A DNA stretch of 64,000 bases from Pecten maximus (lineage: Eukaryota). A model generated the notes under the pieces. The model searched no databases. It saw only the letters and a program-made list of their open reading frames with translations, and was not told the DNA's origin. Below, piece by piece: positions 1 to 11,945 of the stretch. The position numbers and the translations under genes were made by a program. How positions within the stretch are numbered: position 1 is the first letter of the stretch; the number at the start of each line of letters is the position of its first letter. The stretch is from positions 21,390,001 through 21,454,000 of the forward strand of contig NC_047023.1 of assembly GCF_902652985.1 (NCBI RefSeq), read 5' to 3'.

Positions 1-1862
1 TATTGGGGGAGATAGTTACATGTATGGGGTGAGATAGTTATATGTATGGGGTGAGATAGTTACATGTATGGGATGAGACAGTTACATGTATGGGGTGATA
101 TAGTTACATGTATGGGGTGAGATAGTTACATGTATGGGGTGAGATAGTTACATGTATGGGGTGAGACAGTTACATGTATGGGGTGAGACAGTTACATGTA
201 TGGGGTGATATAGTTACATGTATGGGGTGAGATAGTTACATGTATGGGGTGAGATAGTTACATGTATGGAGTGAGACAGTTACATGTATGGAGTGAGACA
301 GTTATATGTATGGGGTGAGACAGTTACATGTATGGGGTGAGACAGTTACATATATGGGGTGAGACAGTTACATGTATGGGGTGAGACAGTTACATGTATG
401 GAGTGAGACAGTTACATGTATGGGGTGAGATAGTTATATGTATGGGGTGAGACAGTTATATGTATGGAGTGAGATAGTTACATGTATGGGGTGAGATAGT
501 TATATGTATGGGTGAGACAGTTATATGTATGGGTGAGACAGTTATATGTATGGGTGACACAGTTACATATATGGGGTGAGTCAGTTATATGTATGGGGTG
601 AGATAGTTATATGTATGGGGTGAGATAGTTACATGTATGGGGTGAGATAGTTATATGTATGGGGTGAGATAGTTATATGTATGGAGTGAGACAGTTACAT
701 GTATGGAGTGAGATAGTTACATGTATGGGGTGAGACAGTTACATGTATGGGGTGAGATAGTTATATGTATGGGTGAGACAGTTATATGTATGGGTGAGAC
801 AGTTACATATATGGGGTGAGACAGTTATATGTATGGGGTGAGATAGTTATATGTATGGGGTGAGATAGTTATATGTATGGAGTGAGATAGTTACATGTAT
901 GGATTGAGATAGTTACATGTATGGGGTGAGATAGTTATATGTATGGGGTGAGATAGTTACATGTATGGGGTGAGATAGTTATATGTATGGGGTGAGATAG
1001 TTATATGTATGGAGTGAGACAGTTACATGTATGGAGTGAGATAGTTACATGTATGGGGTGAGACAGTTACATGTATGGGGTGAGATAGTTATATGTATGG
1101 AGTGAGACAGTTACATGTATGGAGTGAGATAGTTACATGTATGGGGTGAGATAGTTACATGTATGGGGTGAGATAGTTACATGTATGGGGTGAGATAGTT
1201 ATATGTATGGGTGAGACAGTTATATGTATGGGTGAGACAGTTATATGTATGGGGTGAGATAGTTACATGTATGGGGTGAGACAGTTATATGTATGGGGTG
1301 AGACAGTTATATGTATGGAGTGAGACAGTTATATGTATGGGGTGAGACAGTTATATGTATGGGGTGAGAGAGTTACATGTATGGGGTGAGATAGTTACAT
1401 GTATGGGGTGAGATAGTTACATGTAATGGGGTGAGATAGTTACATGTATGGGGTGAGACACTTACATGTATGGGGTGAGACAGTTACATGTATGGGGTGA
1501 GACAGTTACATGTATGGGGTGAGAGAGTTACATGTATGGGATGAGATAGTTACATGTATGGGGTGAGATAGTTACATGTAATGGGGTGAGATAGTTACAT
1601 GTATGGGGTGAGACACTTACATGTATGGGGTGAGACAGTTACATGTATGGAGTGAGATAGTTACATGTATGGGTGAGACAGTTATATGTATGGGGTGAGA
1701 CAGTTATATGTATGGGGTGAGATAGTTACATGTATAGGGTGAGATAGTAGCTTGTATGGGGTGAGACAGTTATATGTATGGGGTGAGACAGTTACATGTA
1801 TGGGGTGAAATAGTTACATGTATAGGGTGAGACAGTAGCTTGTATGGGGTGAGATAGTTATA
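1..1862. repeat. 22-bp minisatellite (TGGGGTGAGATAGTTACATGTA)n, ~85 copies, runs off the window start
   Basis: Period 22 read directly (units at 25, 47); minor C/T variants and 21-bp deletion variants. Confidence 0.97.
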
Positions 1863-2395
1863 TATATTTGGCAACATTTACAGTTGCAACATTTGTGGAG
1901 AAATTGTGAATAATAGGGGGTTGCGCTTATCCCTGAATATGGATGTATACTTGGTAAAATATGGTATATAACAGTACTACGATATCCTATTCCTTGAGGA
2001 CAATCTCTGTAGGATGGAATCAGAATAATGTACCCTAAAACAGCATACCTTCCAGTGACATATTTGATTCATTAAAACCATTGACGACATGATGATCAAA
2101 TAGCTCCTAATGCACTCAAGAAACGCTATATAACTAAATCAAACATATAAGCATGATTCTTCTTTTACCCTGTGATGACTGAAATTCACACAAAATTATC
2201 ATCAATTCACATAATCAACTATGTATGCTTCAGCTGTCAGAATATCAACCAAAATGAACTTTTCATGTGCCTTAGTTGGGAATATTGTCAAGTTAAGTTA
2301 TGATGTGAAGTTAGACAAGTTTAATGCTTGGTGACATGCCTGGTGGTTCTGTTGTCAAAACCCTGGTTTTCAATTTAAGGAAATAGCATTTGACC

Positions 2396-3230
2396 AAGAT
2401 GTACAGCAGGTGTTGTTTATGAATCAGAAGATGTACAGCGGGTGTTGTTGATGAATGAGAAGATGTACAGCAGGTGTTGTTGATGAATCAGAAGATGTAC
2501 AGCGGGTGTTGTTTATGAATCAGAAGATGAACAGCAGGTGTTGTTGATGAATCAGAAAATGTACAGCAGGTGTTTATGAATGAGAAGATGTACAGCAGGT
2601 GTTGTTTATGAATCAGAAGATGTACAGCGGGTGTTGTTTATGAATCAGAAGATGTACAGCCGGTGTTGTTTATGAATCAGAAGATGTACAGCGGGCATTG
2701 TTTATGAATCAGAAGATGTACAGCGGGTGTTGTTTATGAATCAGAAGATGTACAGCAGGTGTTGTTTATGAATGAGAAGATGTACAGCAGGTGTTGTTGA
2801 TGAATCAGAAGATGTACAGCAGGTGTTGTTTATGAATCAGAAGATGTACAGCATGTGTTGTTTATGAATAAGAAGATGTACAGTAGGTGTTGTTGATGAA
2901 TCAGAAGATGTACAGCAGGTGTTGTTTATGAATCAGAAGATGTACAGCAGGTGCTGTTTATGAATCAGAAGATGTACAGCGGGTGTTGTTTATGAATCAG
3001 AAGATGTACAGCAGGTGCTGTTTATGAATCAGAAGATGTACAGCGGGTGTTGTTTATGAATCAGAAGATGTACAGCATGTGTTGTTTATGAATAAGAAGA
3101 TGTACAGTAGGTGTTGTTTATGAATCAGAAGATGTACAGCGGATGTTGTTTATGAATCAGAAGATATACAGTAGGTGTTGTTTATGAATCAGAAGATGTA
3201 CAGCAGATGTTGTTTATGAATCAGAAGATG
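2396..3230. repeat. 32-bp minisatellite (AGAAGATGTACAGCAGGTGTTGTTTATGAATC)n, ~26 copies
   Basis: GTACAGC at 2401 and 2433; period 32. Confidence 0.97.
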
Positions 3231-3269
3231 CTTATCCTTCAGAAACACCTGGTCTTGTTCTTGTTCAAT

Positions 3270-3683
3270 GCTTTGGACTCAAAATTGTACAAATCATGGG
3301 GCTGACCCTCTGGGGGCCTCTGGGGTCAATTTGGCTAAATTGATTTAAACAACTTATTCTCTGAAACTTAGCAATGGTTTGATTTGGGATTCAAAATTGC
3401 ATAAAGGAAGGTGCTGACCCCCCAGGGGGCAGAGAGCAGGGTCAAAAGGGGTCAATTGGTCTAAACAAGTTCTTCTCTGAAACTAAGCAATGGATATCAC
3501 TCACATTTGTGTGGTAGCATCCCTATGGGGTCGCGCCAAAAGTCAATTTCATTTCATGGATTAATGCACTTTTTGGCATTTTTAGTATTAAAATAAAACA
3601 TGTACCCATATAAAATGCTTATGATATAAATTGACATATCATGAAAACCATGTGAGCGATACAGGCCCTCTGGGCCTCTTGTT
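3270..3683 (+). mobile_element. 5'-truncated non-autonomous Helentron-like element (HINE)
   Basis: About two diverged internal monomers (GGGGTCAAT..AAACAAxTTxTTCTCTGAAACTxAGCAATGG) and the 3' end GTGAGCGATACAGGCCCTCTGGGCCTCTTGTT (subterminal motif, GC hairpin, TT). Confidence 0.7.
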
Positions 3684-5522
3684 CAAGGGTCTTTATCTAA
3701 ATAGATAATTTTGTCCTCATCTTATTCCATTTACATGTTTGTATTGTGTTCTAGCTTATTTGGCATAACAATTTTTTCATTTGTATGAGAAATAAACTTT
3801 TTGTTAAATCATCTGAACCAGTTTTGGGGTTGACATACTACTGGTAGACCCTGTATGGTAACTGCTTTGGAAGACATCATATCAGTTTTCTACACCTGTG
3901 TAGGACAATGCTATGACTTCTTGTAATATATATGTGGCAGCCGAAAATGCTATCCGAAAATGCTTGAGAATGACCAAATTAAAGGCATTGTGCCCTTACA
4001 CAACATCTATTCTGAAATGATATATATCTTAACAGCTGGTTTAATTGAGCAAGTTCATCATTGCTGATTGGTAATTTTAATGTTGATTTTCTGAAAAAGT
4101 GATATCATTGTTTTCATCATCTGAACAATGGCTTCCTATGGATATAAGTTTATTCTTTTAAATCAATATTCATTCTGTGCTTCCTTTCTAAAAGTGCTTG
4201 CTTGATATAACTTACCTGGTCCGAGTATGAAAGGTCAAGGTCACCATTCTATACATAGATAATTTTAAGTTTCAATGGGGTTGATGAAATCCAAATTTCA
4301 AACATTGCTTCTGTATAGAAGGCCAATTACAACAGCATTGGATAAATTTTATGATATCATGATTATTTTATTATAATATTTGTAATTTTGGAAAAAAATC
4401 ATCATTCAGAGTAAATCAGCACAGAAAGTGTGAAAATAAAAAGGTAGGTCACATGACCTGTTACAGAAACTGATTGACAGTAACTGACCCCTTGGTTTCT
4501 GGGCAGTAGCTTCTGTTCTTATTGGCCTGTTTTGACCATATAGCTGGCATGTGTGGAGTGGTTTTATGGGATTGTTTTTCAGGGTCAAAGGTCATAGGAT
4601 TGGTTATTAAAAATATAATTACATTTATGCTTTAGTTTCCATACAGCAACTTCTGTTCCTTTTAGCTGTCCCTCAAATCATGCATAGTTATTTCTATATA
4701 GTCATATTGTTTTCTTTATATGTTACTGTGATTGCTGGCGCTCACAATATCTAGTAATTCATTTTACTAACTCATGCAATGTCTGGCTGGAATGAGAATA
4801 TAGATCTGGGTCAATTACGTGATCACTCACCTATAAAACTTCTACACCTACCCAATCCATTTTAATAGAATTGACCACTGTCTGCGACAATGCCCGCTCG
4901 ATCAGTTAAATTAGCATTTAAATGACCAGAGAAAGTGTCTCTTACCTGACTGTACCTGGGTCATTGACCTCTGGTATTGACGCTAACCTGCCAAGTATAT
5001 GAAAACTGTCTTATGACAGAGAGAAAAAACTACAGATATATAACAGTTTCTTTAAGAGGAAGAGGATCCGTTGAAATGTAACAGTTTCCACACCTTTTGT
5101 TGAAGGTTAAAGTTTTTGTGGTGCCAATTGTTTGCTGGAGAATAGGTTTGGGCAGTGACCTGGGGAAGTGTGGGTATGAGTAGTACTGTGGGGGACAATG
5201 TTCTATGATATAGTGTTTAAAAACCTGTCATTAGTCTACTGTTGGAGGGTATCATATTTACTTTTACTGTCGACAAACACTTAGCCTCAAAATATCTCCT
5301 GGCAAATTATTACTGGTAAGTTTTACTTTTTTAATAGAAAATTCAATTAATGATTTTCTTATATATTTATCAAATGAATTATGCATTATACTAACCAACA
5401 TATTTATTGATTTTTTAAAATTTTAATGTTTGAATGCTTAATATGTGTATTTTGTATTTCTAAAGCTTTGTTAACTTCATATTTTTAACTTGTACTGTTT
5501 CTGAAATTTTACCTCACTTGTG

Positions 5523-7038
5523 GTTCTGAAGTTGGGATTTATATTTTGAATGGGTGATTCTGAAGTTGTACTTTATATTTTGAATGGGTGATTCTGAAGT
5601 TGTACTTTATATTTTGAATGGGTGATTCTGAAGTTGGGATTTATATTTTGAATGGGTGATTCTGAAGTTGTACTTTATATTTTGAATGGGTGATTCTGAA
5701 GTTGTACTTTATATTTTGAATGGGTGATTCTGAAGTTGTACTTTATATTTTGAATGGGTGATTCTGAAGTTGGGATTTATATTTTGAATGGGTGATTCTG
5801 AAGTTGTACTTTATATTTTGAATGGGTGATTCTGAAGTTGTACTTTATATTTTGAATGGGTGATTCTGAAGTTGTACTTTATATTTTGAATGGGTGATTC
5901 TGAAGTTGTACTTTATATTTTGAATGGGTGATTCTGAAGTTGGGCTTTATATTTTGAATGGGTGATTCTGAAGTTGTGCTTTATATTTTGAATGGGTGAT
6001 TCTGAAGTTGTACTTTATATTTTGAATGGGTGATTCTGAAGTTGTACTTTATATTTTGAATGGGTGATTCTGAAGTTGTACTTTATATTTTGAATGGGTG
6101 ATTCTGAAGTTGTACTTTATATTTTGAATGGGTGATTCTGAAGTTGTGCTTTATATTTTGAATGGGTGATTCTGAAGTTGTGCTTTATATTTTGAATGGG
6201 TGATTCTGAAGTTGTACTTTATATTTTGAATGGGTGATTCTGAAGTTGTGCTTTATATTTTGAATGGGTGATTCTGAAGTTGTGCTTTATATTTTGAATG
6301 GGTGATTCTGAAGTTGTACTTTATATTTTGAATGGGTGATTCTGAAGTTGTACTTTATATTTTGAATGGGTGATTCTGAAGTTGTACTTTATATTTTGAA
6401 TGGGTGATTCTGAAGTTGGGCTTTATATTTTGAATGGGTGATTCTGAAGTTGTGCTTTATATTTTGAATGGGTGATTCTGAAGTTGTGCTTTATATTTTG
6501 AATGGGTGATTCTGAAGTTGTGCTTTATATTTTGAATGGGTGATTCTGAAGTTGTGCTTTATATTTTGAATGGGTGATTCTGAAGTTGTACTTTATATTT
6601 TGAATGGGTGATTCTGAAGTTGTACTTTATATTTTGAATGGGTGATTCTGAAGTTGTGCTTTATATTTTGAATGGGTGATTCTGAAGTTGTGCTTTATAT
6701 TTTGAATGGGTGATTCTGAAGTTGGGCTTTATATTTTGAATGGGTGATTCTGAAGTTGGGCTTTATATTTTGAATGGGTGATTCTGAAGTTGGGATTTAT
6801 ATTTTGAATGGGTGATTCTGAAGTTGTGCTTTATATTTTGAATGGGTGATTCTGAAGTTGGGATTTATATTTTGAATGGGTGATTCTGAAGTTGGGCTTT
6901 ATATTTTGAATGGGTGATTCTGAAGTTGGGCTTTATATTTTGAATGGGTGATTCTGAAGTTGTACTTTATATTTTGAATGGGTGATTCTGAAGTTGGGCT
7001 TTATATTTTGAATGGGTGATTCTGAAGTTATGCTTTAT
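5523..7038. repeat. 34-bp minisatellite (TGATTCTGAAGTTGTACTTTATATTTTGAATGGG)n, ~44 copies
   Basis: Period 34 (5551, 5585); variation confined to GTAC/GTGC/GGGC/GGGA. Confidence 0.97.
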
Positions 7039-7392
7039 ACATTTCATGTGTGGCTCTGAAGTTACACTTCATAATTTGAACTTTAGTTTAAAATGTAATA
7101 TTGAAAATCATGATATTGATTTATATTTCGATTCTTGCTGAAATAACTTTTGCTATTGTGCTCTGTATGGCTTACAGAAAAAAACCTTGGTGTGGTATTG
7201 CTTTCCTTTGATCTTTTGGTCAATACTATTGTCTTTTGCCTCAATACTTTTACATATTTATATTGACCTCAAGTGTTTGCACATCAATTTCCTTGTCTGA
7301 ACGGTAGACATTTGGCACTATTTCTATGGGACACACAGACTTCCCTTGTGACCCTTGAGTAAGGGTACATTTAAGACACGTACTGCTCCAAG

Positions 7393-7617
7393 TGTCAATT
7401 GTGGTAAACGTCTATTGTGGTAAATGTCTATTGTGGTAAACGTCTATTGTGGTAAACGTCAATTGTGGTAAACGTCTATCGTGGTAAACGTCAATTGTGG
7501 TAAACGTCAATTGTGGTAAACGTCAATTGTGGTAAACGTCAATTGTGGTAAACGTCTATTGTGGTAAACGTCTATTGTGGTAAACGTCTATTGTGGTAAA
7601 CGTCTATTGTGGTAAAC
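7393..7617. repeat. 16-bp minisatellite (ATTGTGGTAAACGTCT)n, ~14 copies
   Basis: Period 16 (7401, 7417). Confidence 0.95.
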
Positions 7618-7745
7618 ATTTATTAATTTCTATTGTCATTTTACATGTGATAATTCATGTGAACACATGTCCATTTTTTTGTGACAAAAAGAAAGGTACC
7701 ATTCAATATTGTAAAATTTGATCTTGTATATCAGACTTATGTATC

Positions 7746-9514
7746 AGTTATACTAGTATGTCCCCCTCCCCTACTACCTTAGTTATACTAGTATGTCCCC
7801 CTCCCCTACTACCTTAGTTATACTAGTATGTCCCCTCCCCTACTACCTTAGTTATACTAGTATGTCCCCTCCCCTACTACCTTAGTTATACTAGTATGTC
7901 CCCTCCCCTACTACCTTAGTTATACTAGTATGTCCCCCTCCCCTACTACCTTAGTTATACTAGTATGTCCCCCTCCCCTACTACCTTAGTTATACTAGTA
8001 TGTCCCCTCCCCTACTACCTTAGTTATACTAGTATGTCCCCCTCCCCTACTACCTTAGTTATACTAGTATGTCCCCCTCCCCTACTACCTTAGTTATACT
8101 AGTATGTGCCCCTCCCCACTACCTTAGTTATACTAGTATGTCCCCCACCCCTACTACCTTAGTTATACTAGTATATCCCCCTCCCCTACTACCTTAGTTA
8201 TACTAGTATGTCCCCCTCCCCTACTACCTTAGTTATACTAGTATGTCCCCCTCCCCTACTACCTTAGTTATACTAGTATGTCCCCTCCACTACTACCTTA
8301 GTTATACTAGTATGTCCCCTCCCCTACTACCTTAGTTATACTAGTATGTCCTCCTCCCCTACTACCTTAGTTATACTAGTATGTCCCCCTCCCCACTACC
8401 TTAGTTATACTAGTATGTCCCCCTCCCCACTACCTTAGTTATACTAGTATGTCCCCCTCCCCTACTACCTTAGTTATACTAGTATGTCCCCCTCCCCTAC
8501 TACCTTAGTTATACTAGTATGTCCCCCTCCCCTACTACCTTAGTTATACTAGTATGTCCCCCTCCCCTACTACCTTAGTTATACTAGTATGTCCCCCTCC
8601 CCTACTACCTTAGTTATACTAGTATGTCCCCCTCCCCCACTACCTTAGTTATACTAGTATGTCCCCCTCCCCTACTACCTTAGTTATACTAGTATGTCCC
8701 CCTCCCCTACTACCTTAGTTATACTAGTATGTCCCCCTCCCCTACTACCTTAGTTATACTAGTATGTCCCCCTCCCCTACTACCTTAGTTATACTAGTAT
8801 GTCCCCCTCCCCACTACCTTAGTTATACTAGTATGTCCCCCTCCCCTACTACCCTAGTTATACTAGTATGTCCCCCTCCCCTACTACCTTAGTTATACTA
8901 GTATATCACCTCCCCTACTACCTTAGTTATACTAGTATGTCCCCTCCCCACTACCTTAGTTATACTAGTATGTCCCCCTCCCCTACTACCTTAGTTATAC
9001 TAGTATGTCCCCCTCCCCCACTACCTTAGTTATACTAGTATGTCCCCCTCCCCACTACCTTAGTTATACTAGTATGTCCCCCTCCCCTACTACCTTAGTT
9101 ATACTAGTATGTCCCCTCCCCTACTACCTTAGTTATACTAGTATGTCCCCTCCCCTACTACCTTAGTTATACTAGTATGTCCCCCTCCCCTACTACCTTA
9201 GTTATACTAGTATGTCCCCTCCCCTACTACCTTCGTTATACTAGTATGTCCCCCTCCCCTACTACCTTAGTTATACTAGTATGTCCCCCTCCCCTACTAC
9301 CTTAGTTATACTACTATGTCCCCCTCCCCTACTACCTTAGTTATACTAGTATGTCCCCCTCCCCTACTACCTTAGTTATACTAGTATGTCCCCCTCCCCT
9401 ACTACCTTAGTTATACTAGTATGTCCCCCTCCCCTACTACCCTAGTTATACTAGTATGTCCCCCTCCCCTTCTACCTTAGTTATACTAGTATGTCCCCCT
9501 CCCTTACTACATTA
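7746..9514. repeat. 35-bp minisatellite (AGTTATACTAGTATGTCCCCCTCCCCTACTACCTT)n, ~50 copies
   Basis: Period 35 (7746, 7781); C-run length variants; internal palindrome ATACTAGTAT. Confidence 0.97.
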
Positions 9515-10182
9515 GATTTATATTCTATATATAGAATTGAATCATAATGATGATAATGATAACATGAAAATTTTCTGGAAGATCAAGGAAAACCTGTATG
9601 CATTGTACGTTGTTACAAGTTTTAAAGTATCAGCTCACATCATGCGACCGTTGTGTTCTCTCATCCGTGGGTCCCGGCTTATGTTTCTGATGTGACAGGA
9701 AAATGTCACGGAGTAATAATAAAAGATTCTGTCAGTTAATCCCAACAGATTTACACTCATTAAAAAGATATGAACACCTAGGTTTAATAGCTGTCAAATA
9801 CATTTAAACTGTATAGGAATCTCAAAAATACTCATAAATTTTGGGCAAGTAACTTATTGATGCATAAAACTGTGTAAAAAGCATGGCCATGGTTGGACGG
9901 TCACTCCTGACTGACTCCTTGGGGCATGCCATACTGTTACAGTACAAGTTACACAGGTGATGCTTTCCTTCAATAATGTATGTACAGCATTAGTGAGTCT
10001 ACAGAGATAGGACCTAGGGTGGGGTAGATCAACGTTTATGTGCTTACAGTCCTGGTGTTTCATTAATGTTTTACACTGATCCATTTATTCATAGAGAAAG
10101 AGAATGGTCTGATTATCATGATAATGCTTGATAAAATAGTTCTGGGAAACGTTCCGCACGTTTAGTGATACATTATAGGTAG

Positions 10183-10851
10183 TTGGCTGGGAATGACAAC
10201 TGTCAGATACAGGGGTGACGATAGAATGAAGGGATTATCGTTGGCTGGGAATGACAACTGTCAGATACAGGGGTGACGATAGAATGAAGGGATTATCGTT
10301 GGCTGGGAATGACAACTGTCAGATACAGGGGTGACGATAGAATGAAGGGATTATCGTTGGCTGGGAATGACAACTGTCAGATACAGGGGTGACGATAGAA
10401 TGAAGGGATTATCGTTGGCTGGGAATGACAACTGTCAGATTCAGGGGTGACGATAGAATGAAGGGATTATCGTTGGCTGGGAATGACAACTGTCAGATAC
10501 AGGGGTGACGATAGAATGAAGGGATTATCGTTGGCTGGGAATGACAACTGTCAGATACAGGGGAGACGATAGAATGAAGGGATTATCATTGGCTGGGAAT
10601 GACAACTGTCAGATTCAGGGGTGACGATAGAATTAAGGGATTATCATTGGCTGGGAATGACAACTGTCAGATTCAGGGGTGAGGATAGAATGAAGGGATT
10701 ATCGTTGGCTGGGAATGACAACTGTCAGATACAGGGGTGACGATAGAATGAAGCAACTTAAGATGAGATACAGGGGTGACAATAGAATTGAGGGATTATC
10801 ATTGGCTGGGAATGACAACTGTCAGATACAGGGGAGACGATAGAATTAAGG
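10183..10851. repeat. 58-bp minisatellite, ~11 copies
   Basis: TTGGCTGGGAATGACAACTGTCAGATACAGGGGTGACGATAGAATGAAGGGATTATCG at 10183, 10241, ... Confidence 0.96.
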
Positions 10852-10858
10852 CGTTAAT

Positions 10859-11587
10859 TGGAGGATCAACACAATGAGGGGTGTCAACTGGGGATCAACA
10901 CAATGAGGGATGTCAACTGGGGCATCAACACAATGAGGGGTGTTGATTGCGGAATCAGCACAATGAGGGGTGTCAACTGGGGATCAACACAATGAGGGAT
11001 GTCAACTCGGGGATCAACACAATGAGGGATGTCAACTGGGGGATCAACACAATGAGGGGTGTCGACTGGGGGATCAACACAATGAGGGGTGTCAACTGGG
11101 GGATCAACACAATGAGGGGTGTCAACTGGGGGATCAACACAATGAGGGGTGTCAACTGGGGGATCAACACAATGAGGGGTGTCAACTGGGGGATCAACAC
11201 AATGAGGGGTGTTGATTGCGGGATCAACACAATGAGGGGTGTCAACTGGGGGATCAACACAATGAGGGGTGTCAACTGGGGGATCAACACAATGAGGGGT
11301 GTCAACTGGGGGATCAACACAATGAGGGGTGTCAACTGGAGATCAACACAATGAGGGGTGTCGACTGGGGGATCAACACAATGAGGGGTGTCAACTGGGG
11401 GATCAACACAATGAGGGGTGTCAACTGGGGGATCAACACAATGAGGGGTGTCAACTGGAGATCAACACAATGAGGGGTGTCAACTGGGGGATCAACACAA
11501 TGAGGGGTGTCAACTGGGGGATCAACACAATGAGGGGTGTCAACTGGGGGATCAACACAATGAGGGGTGTCAACTGGGGATCAACAT
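10859..11587. repeat. 30-bp minisatellite (GGATCAACACAATGAGGGGTGTCAACTGGG)n, ~24 copies
   Basis: Two units per 60-nt line; 10-aa periodic ORFs. Confidence 0.97.
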
Positions 11588-11945
11588 GAGTTATCCGTTG
11601 AGTAACGTTGAGTTATCCGTTAACTAAGCTGAAAAGTAAATAAAAAAGTAATAAAAGTCTTGCAACTAATTCTTCAATAGGTATAGAATAATTAGGTTGA
11701 CAAAGATCATACTTTAATGATTGTGACCTTGTGGAGATACATGTCCATTGGACCTGTTGTTGTTAACATAAGTGGGATGAAATTTTAGATAGATCTTTCA
11801 TACTCATGAAGTAATAATAATCAAGAATATTTTTCATCAGATGATTAAACATTTGCTGCTTCGGTGATGCAGGAAATGGTATAATAATGTAGGGTCAGGG
11901 TAATGGATGGAAAGGGACTAGGAAGGGGTGAGGGTAGGGGAGGGG

